Shown piece after piece: positions 1 to 10,190 of a DNA stretch of 45,247 bases; within the stretch, counting starts at the first letter, position 1, and the number at the start of each line of letters is the position of its first letter. Source of the stretch: Pseudomonadota bacterium (GTDB taxonomy: Bacteria > Pseudomonadota > Gammaproteobacteria > Xanthomonadales > Rhodanobacteraceae). Under the pieces are notes generated by a model. It was not told the DNA's origin, did no database searches, and was given only the letters and a program-made list of their open reading frames with translations. The translations under genes and the position numbers were made by a program. The stretch covers positions 1 through 45,247 of the forward strand of contig JAFEFR010000044.1 in assembly GCA_018240485.1 (NCBI GenBank). The letters run 5' to 3'.

Positions 1-21
1 CACGACCGCATCTAAGTTATC

Positions 22-147
22 GGTGCACGCAACGGCACCTCGGCTGGCCTGACCTCCCTCAGGCCCAGCCCTCGAAGGCCGGTCCCTCCCCAGATCCGCC
101 TTCGAACCCGGCCCCGGAAGCTCCCCCTAGGCTTCCGGGGCTTTTTT
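22..147 (+). ncRNA. Probable small RNA with tandem stem-loops exposing C-rich loops (sX13-like)
   Basis: Hairpins GGCTGGCCTGA-CCTCCC-TCAGGCCCAGCC, TCGAAGGC..CCCTCCCC..GCCTTCGA and GCCCCGGAAGC-TCCCCCTAG-GCTTCCGGGGC followed by a T6 run. Possible -10 TAAGTT at 13-18. No plausible ORF. Confidence 0.7.
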
Positions 148-221
148 ATGCTTGGATTTCCAAGGCCACGACGTGTGTGCCGACGCAGCGGGACTTCGAC
201 AAGCGTACGCTGCCCCGCCGG

Positions 222-250
222 AAAAACAGGGTGCATCAAAGCGCACCCCG
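222..250 (-). terminator. Intrinsic terminator of icd
   Basis: Minus strand reads CGGGGTGCG-CTTTGA-TGCACCCTG-TTTTT, about 10 nt after the icd stop. Confidence 0.65.
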
Positions 251-259
251 CTGGCCGCA

Positions 260-1627
260 CTACAGGTTCTTGATCAACTCATCGCCGAACTGCGAGCACT
301 TCACTTCGGTCGCGCCATCCATCAGGCGGGCGAAGTCGTAGGTCACCTTCTTGTTGGCGATGGCCTTGTCCATGGCCGCGATGATCGCGTCAGCCGCCTC
401 GGTCCAGCCCATGTAGCGCAGCATCATCTCGCCGGACAGGATCACCGAGCCCGGATTGACCTTGTCGAGACCGGCGTACTTCGGCGCGGTGCCGTGGGTA
501 GCTTCGAACACGGCGTGGCCGGTCAGGTAGTTGACGTTGCCGCCCGGCGCGATACCGATCCCGCCGACCTGTGCTGCGAGCGCGTCCGACAAATAGTCAC
601 CGTTGAGGTTGAGCGTGGCGATCACGTCGAACTCGTCCGGGCGGGTCAGCACCTGCTGCAGGGTGATGTCGGCAATCGCATCCTTGATCAGCACCTTGCC
701 CGCGGCGAGCGCGGCCTTCTGCTCGGTGTTGGCGGCGGCTTCGCCCTGCGCGGCCTTGGTCTTCTCCCAGGTCTCCCAGGTGTAGGTTTGGTTGCCGAAG
801 AATTTCTCGGCGACCTCGTAGCCCCAGTTGCGGAACGCGCCTTCGGTGAACTTCATGATGTTGCCCTTGTGGACAATCGTCACCGACTTGCGCTTGTTCG
901 CAATCGCGTAGCTGATCGCGCTGTGCACGAGGCGCTCGGTGCCGAGCTGGCTGACCGGCTTGATGCCGATGCCGACTTCCACGCCCACCTCGCGATGCGG
1001 CATGCCGATACCCTCGAGCTGCTTCTGCCACGCTTGCGCCTTCGCAGCCGTGCCGAAACGGATCTTGTCGAACGCTTTCGGGTCGTTCTGGGCGATGAAG
1101 TCGAGCAGCTTCTGCGCGCCCTCGCTGCCCGCCGCGTATTCGATGCCGGCGTAGATGTCCTCGGTGTTCTCGCGGAAGATCACCATGTCGACCGATTCCG
1201 GTTTTTTCACCGGCGAGGGCACGCCCTTGAACCAGCGCACCGGGCGCAGGCAGACGTACAAATCCAGCATCTGGCGCAGGGCGACGTTGAGCGAACGGAT
1301 GCCACCGCCGACCGGCGTGGTCAGCGGGCCCTTGATCGAGACCAGATACTCGCGGCAGGCGTCGACGGTCGAGTTCGGCAACCAGGTGCCGAATTGATTG
1401 TTCGACTTCTCGCCCGCAAACACTTCCAACCAGTGAATTTTGCGCTGGCCGCCATAGGCTTTGGCCACCGCCGCATCGAGCACGCGCACCGAAGCGCGCC
1501 AGATGTCAGCGCCAGTGCCGTCGCCCTCGATGAACGGGATGATCGGATTGTTCGGCACATTGAGCTTGCCGTTCTGGATCGAAATCTTGGCGCCGCCGGC
1601 GGGCGCAGTGTAGGTGGGTTCGCTCAA
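260..1627 (-). CDS. icd: NADP-dependent isocitrate dehydrogenase (dimeric, E. coli type)
   Basis: Motifs [66 protein letters not shown] start with GGAG RBS. Confidence 0.97.
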   Translation of the reverse strand: MSEPTYTAPAGGAKISIQNGKLNVPNNPIIPFIEGDGTGADIWRASVRVLDAAVAKAYGGQRKIHWLEVFAGEKSNNQFGTWLPNSTVDACREYLVSIKGPLTTPVGGGIRSLNVALRQMLDLYVCLRPVRWFKGVPSPVKKPESVDMVIFRENTEDIYAGIEYAAGSEGAQKLLDFIAQNDPKAFDKIRFGTAAKAQAWQKQLEGIGMPHREVGVEVGIGIKPVSQLGTERLVHSAISYAIANKRKSVTIVHKGNIMKFTEGAFRNWGYEVAEKFFGNQTYTWETWEKTKAAQGEAAANTEQKAALAAGKVLIKDAIADITLQQVLTRPDEFDVIATLNLNGDYLSDALAAQVGGIGIAPGGNVNYLTGHAVFEATHGTAPKYAGLDKVNPGSVILSGEMMLRYMGWTEAADAIIAAMDKAIANKKVTYDFARLMDGATEVKCSQFGDELIKNL

Positions 1628-1853
1628 GGGAATCTCCGCAGTGCTGGTGAAGGAAGACGGGATCGAAAGTCGTTTAGTCTAACCGATGGGCGCAGCGGCG
1701 GGCATTCCGCCATCATCGATGGCGCTCCCAACCCGCCTTGTTTCACAACGACGGCATCGGACGCGGGCCGTCGCAAAACGCGAATTGCATCACGCTCGCG
1801 TTCGGCGCATGATCGCCGCGCCATAGCGTTCGGATCGTCGGTCGGGAGGGACC

Positions 1854-3274
1854 ATGGTCTTCAATTCGCTCACGTTCGTCGTGTTCTTCGCCTGCGTGCT
1901 GGTGTTGCACAACCTGCCGCTGTCCTGGACCACGAAAAAGGTCAACCTGCTGATCGCGAGTTACCTGTTCTACTCGGCGTGGAACCCGCCGTTCGTGATC
2001 CTGCTGTGGGTGTCGACCGTGGTCGACTGGTATGCCGCGCAAGGCCTGGTCAAGGCGCGGCGCGAACCCGCGCGCCATGCCTGGATGCTGCTCTCGGTCG
2101 TCGCCAACCTCGGCATGCTCGGCTACTTCAAGTACGGCCAGTTCCTGCTCGACAACTTCGGCGCGCTGCTGGGCACGCTCGGCATCGCCTGGCAGCCGGC
2201 GCATTACGACATCGTGCTGCCGGTCGGCATCTCGTTCTACACGTTCGCGACGATGTCGTACACGCTCGATGTGTATCTGCGCCGCGCCGCGCCCGCGAAC
2301 AACCTGCTCGACTACGCGCTGTTCGTGACCTTCTTCCCGCACCTGGTCGCCGGGCCGATCATGCGCCCGACCGAACTCGTGCCGCAGTTCGAGCAGCCGC
2401 GCAAGGCGAGCGGCGACCAGCTGCGTTTCGGCCTCGCGCTGATGACGCTGGGCCTGTTCAACAAGATCGTGCTCGCCGACAGCTTTCTCTCGCGCGTCGC
2501 CGAGCGCGTCTACGACGGCGACAAGGTTCCCGGCATGCTCGACGCATGGGCGGCGACGCTCGCATTCAGCGGCCAGATTTTCTGCGACTTCGCCGGCTAT
2601 TCGACCACCGCGATCGGCGCCGCGCTCTGCCTCGGCTTCGCGATGCCGGACAACTTCCGTTTCCCGTATGCGGCGATCGGCTTTTCCGACTTCTGGCGAC
2701 GCTGGCACATCACGCTGTCGTCGTGGCTGCGCGACTATCTTTACATCCCGCTCGGCGGCAATCGCCACGGCGAGCGCCGCACCTATGCCGCGCTGATGAC
2801 GACGATGTTGCTCGGCGGTCTCTGGCACGGCGCGAGCTGGACCTTCGTCGTCTGGGGCGGACTGCATGGGCTCTACCTCGCCATCGAACGCTTCCTGCGT
2901 GCGCGCTTCACCGCCTACCGGCCCGGCCCGGCCCGGCCATGCTCGCGGCGTTGGGCCTGCTGACGTTCGCGCTGGTCAACGTCACCTGGGTATTCTTCCG
3001 CGCCAAGACCTTCGACAAAGCCTGGAGCGTGTTGCGCGGCATGCTCGGCACCAATGCGGCGAGCAAACCGATCCTGCCGATGTTCGGCCTGCTCGTCGTC
3101 GCCGTGATCGTCGGCAGCATCGTGCTCACGCACTGGTACATGCGCGGCCGCACGCTCGAGTCCGTCGTCGCGCGCGCGCACCCGGCGACGGTGGGCACGG
3201 TATGGGCGCTGCTCGCGTTCGCCATCGTCATCGCGCAGGGATCCGGCGCCGCATTCATCTACTTCCAGTTCTGA
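1854..3274 (+). pseudogene. MBOAT family O-acyltransferase (AlgI/DltB/PatA-like), frameshifted at a (CCGGC)4 repeat
   Basis: LPVGISFYTF, FFPHLVAGPI, DFWRRWHITLSSWLRDYLYIPLGG and LGGLWHGA lie in ORF 1854..2963. The C-terminus (LTFALVNVTWVFFRA...FIYFQF) continues in another frame to 3274. Confidence 0.85.
2918..2938 (+). repeat. Pentanucleotide tandem repeat (CCGGC)4 at the frameshift
   Basis: CCGGC at 2918, 2923, 2928 and 2933. Removing one unit restores the frame (YRPGPAMLAALG). Confidence 0.85.
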
Positions 3275-3283
3275 GGTGCGCGC

Positions 3284-4429
3284 ATGAGCCTCGATTCGCG
3301 AACCCAACCCGGCGGCGCCGACGGCTATGCGCGCCAGACCGCCGCCGACCGGCCGGGCGTGGCGCAGCCCGTACCCGTGCGCCCGCTGCCGGCACAGCCG
3401 TGGAGCCGGATCCTGCCGTTCGCCATCGTCCTGTTCGCGCTGATGCTCGCGGCCTGGGAGTGGCACTGGCGCGCGTTCGGTGTGACGCCGGGCATGCGCA
3501 ACACCGACGGCCTGTGGGCGATCCAGCGCCGCCGCATCGACCACGGCGAAGGCAACGCCACCGTGTTGACCGGCGCGTCGCGCGTGTACTTCGACGTGCA
3601 GTTGCCGGTCTGGGAAAAGCTCGCCGGAGAACGGCCGATCCAGCTCGCGTATGAAGGCACGACGCCGCTGGTCTATCTGGACGATCTCGCCGCCGATGCG
3701 AACTTCACCGGTCGCGTGCTGATCGGCGTCGCGCCCGATGTGTTTTTCACCGGCTTCGCCTATCGCGGCACGGCGGCGAAGTACGCGCACAAGGAGTCGC
3801 CATCGCAACGCATTGGCCAGTGGCTGTCGATGCGTTTCGTCGAGCCCTATTTTGCGTTCTACGATCCCGACTACGCGCTCGAGACCGTGCTCGCGCGCCA
3901 GCCATGGCCGCAACGGCCCGGCCGACCCGCCCGTCTCGACGTGCGCAAGCTGTCCGAGACCGCCGCGGACCGCAACACGCATCTGTGGAGCAAGGTCGAC
4001 ACCGACCCGGCGTATCGCGCGCTCGCGCGCCAGATCTGGCGCCAGGATTTCGTGCCGTCCGAGGACGATCCGCCGCCGCAAAAACTCAAACAGATGATCG
4101 CGGACGAAATCGCCCGCGCGGCGAAGGACGTGGCGGCGCTGCGCGCACGCGGCGTCAAGGTATTGTTCGTACGCTCGCCGAGCGATGGCGAATATCTGGA
4201 GTTCGAGAACAAACTGTTTCCGCGCGAGCAAACCTGGGACGCGCTGCGCGGCGACCGGCGCGCCGGGCATCCATTTCCAGGACTACCCGGAACTCATCAC
4301 CAAAACTGGAACCTGCCGGAATGGTCGCATCTGGCGCCGGCCGATGCCGAGCGTTACACCGCCGCGCTGTACACGATCATCGAACGCGATTTCTGGCCGC
4401 GGCACGACCAGCGCCAGACCGAACGCTAG
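3284..4429 (+). CDS. MBOAT partner protein, putative SGNH-like (AlgJ/DltD-type) membrane-anchored acyltransferase
   Basis: N-terminal TM helix, TGASR (GxS) block-I-like motif and a C-terminal EWSHL motif. Starts 9 nt after the MBOAT gene. Confidence 0.65.
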   Translation: MSLDSRTQPGGADGYARQTAADRPGVAQPVPVRPLPAQPWSRILPFAIVLFALMLAAWEWHWRAFGVTPGMRNTDGLWAIQRRRIDHGEGNATVLTGASRVYFDVQLPVWEKLAGERPIQLAYEGTTPLVYLDDLAADANFTGRVLIGVAPDVFFTGFAYRGTAAKYAHKESPSQRIGQWLSMRFVEPYFAFYDPDYALETVLARQPWPQRPGRPARLDVRKLSETAADRNTHLWSKVDTDPAYRALARQIWRQDFVPSEDDPPPQKLKQMIADEIARAAKDVAALRARGVKVLFVRSPSDGEYLEFENKLFPREQTWDALRGDRRAGHPFPGLPGTHHQNWNLPEWSHLAPADAERYTAALYTIIERDFWPRHDQRQTER

Positions 4430-4457
4430 ATCGCGTCGGCGCTGCCATCGCGCTTGC

Positions 4458-7400
4458 TCAACTGTGACCGCTCGCATCAAGTTCGGCTTGCGTCTCCTCG
4501 GGAGATTCGAGTTTGTCGCCGAGCAGGCGGCGCACGAATACGTAGAAAATCGGGATGAACAGCAGGCCGAAGAACGTGGCGAACAGCATGCCGCCGATCA
4601 CGCCGGTGCCGATCGCGTGGCGCGAGTTGGCGCCGGCGCCGGTCGAGATCGCGAGCGGAAACACGCCGAGGATGAAGGCGAACGAGGTCATCAGGATCGG
4701 CCGCAGGCGCAGGCGTGCCGCATCGATCACCGCCGCAGCGAGGTGCCGGCCGGCCTTCTGCTCGGCCACGGCGAACTCGACGATCAGGATCGCGTTCTTC
4801 GCCGCCAGACCGATGATGGTGATAATGCCGATCTTGAAGTACACGTCGTTGGTCAAGCCGCGCGCCCAGGTGAACAGCACCGCTCCGAGCACGCCGAGCG
4901 GCACGACCAGCAACACCGACACCGGAATCGACCAGCTCTCGTAGAGTGCGGCGAGGCACAGGAACACGATCAGGATCGACAGCGCGTACAGGATCGGCGC
5001 CTGGTTGCCCGAGATGATTTCCTGCAACGACTGGCCGGCCCAGTCGTAGCCGAAGCCCGCCGGCAGATCGTTCTTGATGATGTCCTGCATCACGGTCATG
5101 GCTTCGCCCGAGCTGCGCCCCGTCGCTGGCGAACCGACGATCTCGATCGCCGAGTAGCCGTTGTAGCGCACCAGATTGGGCGAACCCTGCATCCATTGCG
5201 TGGAGACGACGTTCGACAGGGGAATCATCGCCGGCAAAGTGGCCGTGCCGGTACCAGTCGTCACGGTCTCGGTCTGCGTTGAACTCGGCACATAGAAGCG
5301 GTTGAGTGCGTCGGGGCTCATGCGGAACGGTGCATCGGCCTGCATGTTCACGCGCTGCACGCGCCCCTGGTAGAAAAAGTCGTTGACGTAGACCGGCGCG
5401 AGCATGAGCTGGATGGCCGTATAGACGTCCGTCAACGACAAACCCATCGCCTGCGCCTGGATACGATCGACCTTCATGTTCAACTGCGTGGTATCAGGCA
5501 GGCCATTGGCGCGCACGCCGGTCAGCAGACTCGCTTCCGTGGCAGCCTTGGCGATCAGGGTGTTTTGCGCCTTCACGAGTGCGTCGTGACCTTCGCCGCC
5601 GCGGTCCTGCAGATACATGTCGAAGCCGCCGAACTGACCCAGACCCTGGATCGTCGGCAAGTTGACGACGAAGGCCTGTGCGTCCGGCATGCTCACGAAC
5701 AGCGCGCCGTTGAGCTGCTGGATCAGCTGCGCCGCCGTGTCTTTGCGTTGGTCCCACGGTTTGAAACGAATGAAGGCCATGCCAACGTTTTCGCCGCTGC
5801 CGACAAAGCTGAACCCCGATATCGCCACTATGCCGTCGACCTCGGGGTTCTTGCGCACCGTCGCATCGAGCTGCGCCATGACCTTGTTCGTGCGTTCGAT
5901 GCTGGCGCCGTTCGGCAGGGTCACGATCGCCATCGCATAACCCTGGTCCTCCTCGGGCACGAAACTCGACGGCAACGCGACGAAGCGCCAGGCGCAGAAG
6001 ATCGCAACCACCGCGAACAGCAGCATCCAGCGCGGCATGTGCCGCACCGCGGCGAACACATGCCCGCTGTAGGTGTTCTGCACCCGTTCGAACGTGCGGT
6101 TGAACCAGCGGAAGAAAGCGTTTTTCTTCGTCTCGTGCGCGGGCGCGAGCAGGCTGGCACACAGCGCCGGCGTGAACGCGAGCGCGAGGAACGCGGAGAA
6201 CGCGGTGGACAAGGCGATGGTCAGACAGAACTGGCGGTAGATCGCGCCGACCGAGCCGGACTGCAACGCGCTCGGGATGAACACCGCCATCAGCACGACC
6301 GCGATCGCGACGACCGCGCCGGAAATCTGTTCCATCGCCTTGCGTGTCGCCTCCTTCGGCGACAGGCGCTCCTCGTCCATGATGCGTTCGACGTTCTCGA
6401 TGACCACGATCGCGTCGTCGACGACGATGCCGATGACCAGCACCATGCCGAACAGCGAGAGCTGGTTGATCGTGAACCCGACCATCCACATGCCGAGAAA
6501 GCCGCCCATCAGCGCCACCGGAATGACCAGCAGGGCGATGATGGTCATGCGCAGGTTCTGCAGGAACACGAGCATGACCAGAAACACGAGAATGATCGCC
6601 TCGATCAGGGTCTGCACGACCTCCTCGACCGAGATCTGGATGAACTGCGTCGTATCGTACGGGCTGAACCACGACACGCCATGCGGAAAACTGGCCTGCA
6701 ATTCGTTCATGCGGTTTTTCACCGCCTTGGCCACGGCCAGCGCATTCGCTCCGGTCAGGAGCTGCACGGCGAAGCCGGCGACCGGCTGCCCGTTGTAGCT
6801 GACGTTGTGGCCGTAGGCGAACGGGCCGAGCTCGACCCGGGCGACATCCTTCAAGCGAACGGCGCTGCCGTCGCCATTGACGCGCAGCACGATGTTCTCG
6901 AACTCCGCGGGCGAGGTGAATCGCCCCTCGGCGATCACGGTGGCGGAGAACCCGTTGCCGGGTACGGCCGGTTCCGCGCCGAGCGAGCCGGCGGCGATCT
7001 GCACGTTCTGGCCCTGCACTGCGGCCATGGCCTGCGCGGCGGAGAGATGGTAGCCGCGCAGCTTGTCGGCGTTGAGCCAGATGCGCATCGCGTATTCGCT
7101 GCCGAACTGCATGACGCTGCCGACGCCTTCGACGCGCTGGATCTGCGGCAGCACCTGCGCGGCGAGCAGGTTGTTCAGCGCATAGGAATCGTTGCTGCCA
7201 TCGTCGGACTTGAGCATGCCGACCATCAGAAAGCCCGAGTTTGCCTTGGACACGACAATGCCCTGCTGGGTCACCTCGCTGGGCAGGCGCGGTGTCGCCA
7301 GCGAGACCTTGTTCTGCGTCTGCACCTGGGCGATGTCGGGATCGGTACCGGGATCGAAGGTCAGCGTGATCTGTGCCGAGCCGCTCGAACTCGACGACGA

Positions 7401-7637
7401 GCTGAAGTAGGTCAGATGGTCGATGCCGGTCAGCTGCTGCTCGATGACCTGGGTCACGGTCTTTTCCACCGTGCTCGCGTCGGCGCCCTGGTAGGTGGCG
7501 CTGACGACGACCTGCGGCGGAGCGATCGCCGGATACGATTCGATGCCGAGATTGTTGATCGCGACGATGCCGCCGAGCGTGATCAGGATGGCGACGACCC
7601 AGGCGAAAATCGGCCGGTCAATGAAGAAATTGGGCAT
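4458..7637 (-). CDS. acrB: RND multidrug efflux permease (AcrB/MexB family)
   Basis: MPNFFIDRPIFAWV start, GIVVDDAIVVIENVER, GLAAKNAILIVEFA, RLRLRPILMTS. Confidence 0.95.
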   Translation of the reverse strand: MPNFFIDRPIFAWVVAILITLGGIVAINNLGIESYPAIAPPQVVVSATYQGADASTVEKTVTQVIEQQLTGIDHLTYFSSSSSSSGSAQITLTFDPGTDPDIAQVQTQNKVSLATPRLPSEVTQQGIVVSKANSGFLMVGMLKSDDGSNDSYALNNLLAAQVLPQIQRVEGVGSVMQFGSEYAMRIWLNADKLRGYHLSAAQAMAAVQGQNVQIAAGSLGAEPAVPGNGFSATVIAEGRFTSPAEFENIVLRVNGDGSAVRLKDVARVELGPFAYGHNVSYNGQPVAGFAVQLLTGANALAVAKAVKNRMNELQASFPHGVSWFSPYDTTQFIQISVEEVVQTLIEAIILVFLVMLVFLQNLRMTIIALLVIPVALMGGFLGMWMVGFTINQLSLFGMVLVIGIVVDDAIVVIENVERIMDEERLSPKEATRKAMEQISGAVVAIAVVLMAVFIPSALQSGSVGAIYRQFCLTIALSTAFSAFLALAFTPALCASLLAPAHETKKNAFFRWFNRTFERVQNTYSGHVFAAVRHMPRWMLLFAVVAIFCAWRFVALPSSFVPEEDQGYAMAIVTLPNGASIERTNKVMAQLDATVRKNPEVDGIVAISGFSFVGSGENVGMAFIRFKPWDQRKDTAAQLIQQLNGALFVSMPDAQAFVVNLPTIQGLGQFGGFDMYLQDRGGEGHDALVKAQNTLIAKAATEASLLTGVRANGLPDTTQLNMKVDRIQAQAMGLSLTDVYTAIQLMLAPVYVNDFFYQGRVQRVNMQADAPFRMSPDALNRFYVPSSTQTETVTTGTGTATLPAMIPLSNVVSTQWMQGSPNLVRYNGYSAIEIVGSPATGRSSGEAMTVMQDIIKNDLPAGFGYDWAGQSLQEIISGNQAPILYALSILIVFLCLAALYESWSIPVSVLLVVPLGVLGAVLFTWARGLTNDVYFKIGIITIIGLAAKNAILIVEFAVAEQKAGRHLAAAVIDAARLRLRPILMTSFAFILGVFPLAISTGAGANSRHAIGTGVIGGMLFATFFGLLFIPIFYVFVRRLLGDKLESPEETQAELDASGHS

Positions 7638-7721
7638 GGAAAGTGTTTCCTTTTGCGCTCGTCCCGGATCGCGAAGCTCGCTGACGGCCATCCCTGGTCG
7701 CCCGATTCGATGAATGCTCGA

Positions 7722-8885
7722 TCAGTGCGCTGCCGCCGCAACACCACTGGCGGGCGCCGGCTGCCACGGCGTGGCCTTGGCGGGCTTGCCGGGCGTCACC
7801 TTCTGCAGGCCGCTGACGATGATCTGGTCACCATCGGCCAGCCCATCGGTCACGATCCAGTTGTCGCCGCGCAAGGTATCCGCCTTGATCCGCTTCTGCG
7901 CCACCTTGCCGTCCGCACCGACGACAAGCAGGTACGCACCATTGGTATCGCGTTGCAATGCACTTTGCGACACCAGCCAAACGTGCTTGAGCGTGCCCAA
8001 GGTCAGGCGGACATTGACGAACTGACCCGGCAACAGGCGATGCTGCGGATTCGGCACGATTCCGCGCAGGCTCACCGCACCGGTCGCGGCATCGACCATC
8101 TGGTCGGAGAAGTCGAGTGTGCCCGAAACGGCGTAGGCGCTTCCGTCGGGCAACAGCAGGTCGATCTTCGCCTTGTTCTGCTCGGAAAGGTCGACGCTGC
8201 CGGCCGCAGCCGCGGCACGCAGGCTGTCGAGTTCGCCGACCGCCTGGGTGAAATTCACGTAGAGCGGGTCGATCTGGTCGACGCGGGCCAGCAGGGTCGC
8301 CTCGCTCTGGCCGACCAACGCGCCCTCGGTCACCTGCTGTTGGCCCGAGCGGCCGGAAATCGGCGCGGTGACGTTGGCGTAGCCGAGGTTGATCTTGGCC
8401 GTCTCGACATTGGCCCGCGCCTGCTGCACGGCGGCGGCGGCGGTGCGCTCGGCGGCGATCGCGTTGTCGACGTCGCTCTTCGACAGCAGTCCCTTGGCGC
8501 CGACCGAGCGCGCGCGCTCCGCGGCGACATGGTTGTTCGTGTACGTCGCTTGCGCCGAGGCGAGATTGGCCAGCTGTACGTTGAGCGCGGCGCGCAGCGG
8601 CGCCGGGTCGATTTCGAACATGGCCTGGCCCTCCTTGACGTCGCTGCCTTCGGTATAAACACGTTTGAGCAGCACGCCGGCGACGCGCGCACGCACGTCG
8701 GCGCTGCGCGTGGCGGACAGGCGCCCGACCAGATCTTGCGTCAACGGCACGCTTCCGGACTTAGCTTCAACCACGCCGACTTCGGGCGGTGGCACAGTCT
8801 GTTGCGGCTGCAGGGAGCTGCCGCAGCCGGTAACGAGAAGGGTGGCGGCAACAACCGCCAGGGAACGCACAGAGATCAGGGGCAT
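7722..8885 (-). CDS. acrA: RND periplasmic adaptor (membrane fusion lipoprotein)
   Basis: Lipobox LVTGC, VRARVAGVL, VTAPISGRSG, LLPGQFV. Lies directly upstream of the RND permease. Confidence 0.93.
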   Translation of the reverse strand: MPLISVRSLAVVAATLLVTGCGSSLQPQQTVPPPEVGVVEAKSGSVPLTQDLVGRLSATRSADVRARVAGVLLKRVYTEGSDVKEGQAMFEIDPAPLRAALNVQLANLASAQATYTNNHVAAERARSVGAKGLLSKSDVDNAIAAERTAAAAVQQARANVETAKINLGYANVTAPISGRSGQQQVTEGALVGQSEATLLARVDQIDPLYVNFTQAVGELDSLRAAAAAGSVDLSEQNKAKIDLLLPDGSAYAVSGTLDFSDQMVDAATGAVSLRGIVPNPQHRLLPGQFVNVRLTLGTLKHVWLVSQSALQRDTNGAYLLVVGADGKVAQKRIKADTLRGDNWIVTDGLADGDQIIVSGLQKVTPGKPAKATPWQPAPASGVAAAAH

Positions 8886-8976
8886 GGGAGCCTCGTTACG
8901 GTGTGGAACGGCAGAAGACCTGCCATGAAACTCACGTGAATTCGGTGAGATGGCAAGTCTACAAACGCCATTATTG

Positions 8977-8988
8977 TACCTGCCGGTA
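8977..8988. promoter_or_regulatory. Possible TetR-type operator upstream of the efflux operon
   Basis: Short palindrome TACC-TGCC-GGTA in an AT-rich patch about 90 nt upstream of the adaptor gene. Weak evidence. Confidence 0.3.
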
Positions 8989-9071
8989 TGCAAAAAAGCA
9001 CTTTCCCCGTGTCTTCGACCCGATGTGGCGATCAGGGCGATTGCGCCATTTTCTCAGCGTAGAGGTTGCCG

Positions 9072-10190
9072 TCAATGGCGATGGCCGCTGGCGAGGTATT
9101 CGCGACTCTGCATTTCGATCAGGCGGCTTTCGGTGCGCGCGAACTCGAACTTCAGGCGCCGGCCGCGATACAGCTCGGCGATCTCCACCGCGGCCGAGAG
9201 CACGAGGTTGACGCCGCGGTCGTAGAACTCGTCGACGAGATTGACGAAGCGCCTTGCGGCGTCTTCGCTCGCGGAAAAATCGACGAACTGCGGCACGTTC
9301 GACACGAGCACGGTATGGAAGCTTTCGCCGATTTCGATGTAGTCGGCGACCGCGCGCGGGCCCTCGCACAGCGCGGCGAATTCGAACCAGACTGCGCCAT
9401 CGCTGACACGCTTGAGCGCAATGTCGCGACCGTTGATGTCCAGCGACTCGGGGCCGGCGGCCGCAGGCGCGGCGGCTCGGGCAACCTCGGCGAACACCGA
9501 AGCGAGGCGTGCTTCCGCCGCGTCGCCGAGCGGCGTGAAGTAGACGCCGGCCTGGGTCAATGCGCGCAGGCGATAGTCCTGTTGCGCATCGAGGCCGACG
9601 ATCTCGCAGTGGTTCTCGAGCAGTTCGATCGCGGGCAGGAAGCGTTCGCGTTGCAGACCGTCCTTGTAGAGCTGCTTCGGTACGATGTTCGAGGTGGTGA
9701 CCAGGGTGACGCCGCGCGCGAACAGATGCTTCAACAAACTGCCGAGGATCATCGCGTCGCCGATGTCGGTGACGAAGAACTCGTCGAGGCAGAACACGCG
9801 CGCCTCGGCAGCGAAGTGCGCGGCGACCGCGACGAGCGGATCCTCGTGGCCCTTGAGCTTGTTCAATTCCGCATGCACTTCCTGCATGAAGCGATGGAAG
9901 TGCCGGCGCAGTTTGGCCTCGATCGGCAGCGCCTCGAAGAACAGGTCGACGAGAAAGGTCTTGCCGCGCCCGACCGCGCCGTACAGATAGAGTCCGCGCA
10001 CCGGCGGCGTCGCGCGCAGGCGTTGCCACCAGCGTGTATTTTCCGCGGCGATGAGTTCGGCGTGGATACGATCCAGATGCTCGAGCACCACGCGCTGCGC
10101 CGGATCGTCCTGCCAGTGTCCGGCCGCAACACCGAGCGCATACCGCATGCCGGGCGTTGCGCCCGAAATGTCATCGGCCCGTGTGCTCAT
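9072..10190 (-). CDS. zapE: Cell division ATPase ZapE (AFG1 family)
   Basis: GLYLYGAVGRGKT Walker A, HFHRFM, CLDEFFVTDIGDAMIL, RTESRLIEMQS. Confidence 0.95.
   Translation of the reverse strand: MSTRADDISGATPGMRYALGVAAGHWQDDPAQRVVLEHLDRIHAELIAAENTRWWQRLRATPPVRGLYLYGAVGRGKTFLVDLFFEALPIEAKLRRHFHRFMQEVHAELNKLKGHEDPLVAVAAHFAAEARVFCLDEFFVTDIGDAMILGSLLKHLFARGVTLVTTSNIVPKQLYKDGLQRERFLPAIELLENHCEIVGLDAQQDYRLRALTQAGVYFTPLGDAAEARLASVFAEVARAAAPAAAGPESLDINGRDIALKRVSDGAVWFEFAALCEGPRAVADYIEIGESFHTVLVSNVPQFVDFSASEDAARRFVNLVDEFYDRGVNLVLSAAVEIAELYRGRRLKFEFARTESRLIEMQSREYLASGHRH

Noticed and set aside
152-3274. 1040-aa ORF spanning icd and the MBOAT gene
   Set aside because: It is the antisense shadow of icd plus an off-frame read. 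Only the last ~110 codons are real (the MBOAT C-terminus).
5565-8939. 1124-aa plus-strand ORF and similar long antisense ORFs (17685, 19995, 34009 and others)
   Set aside because: These are shadows of clear opposite-strand genes in high-GC DNA and show no motifs.
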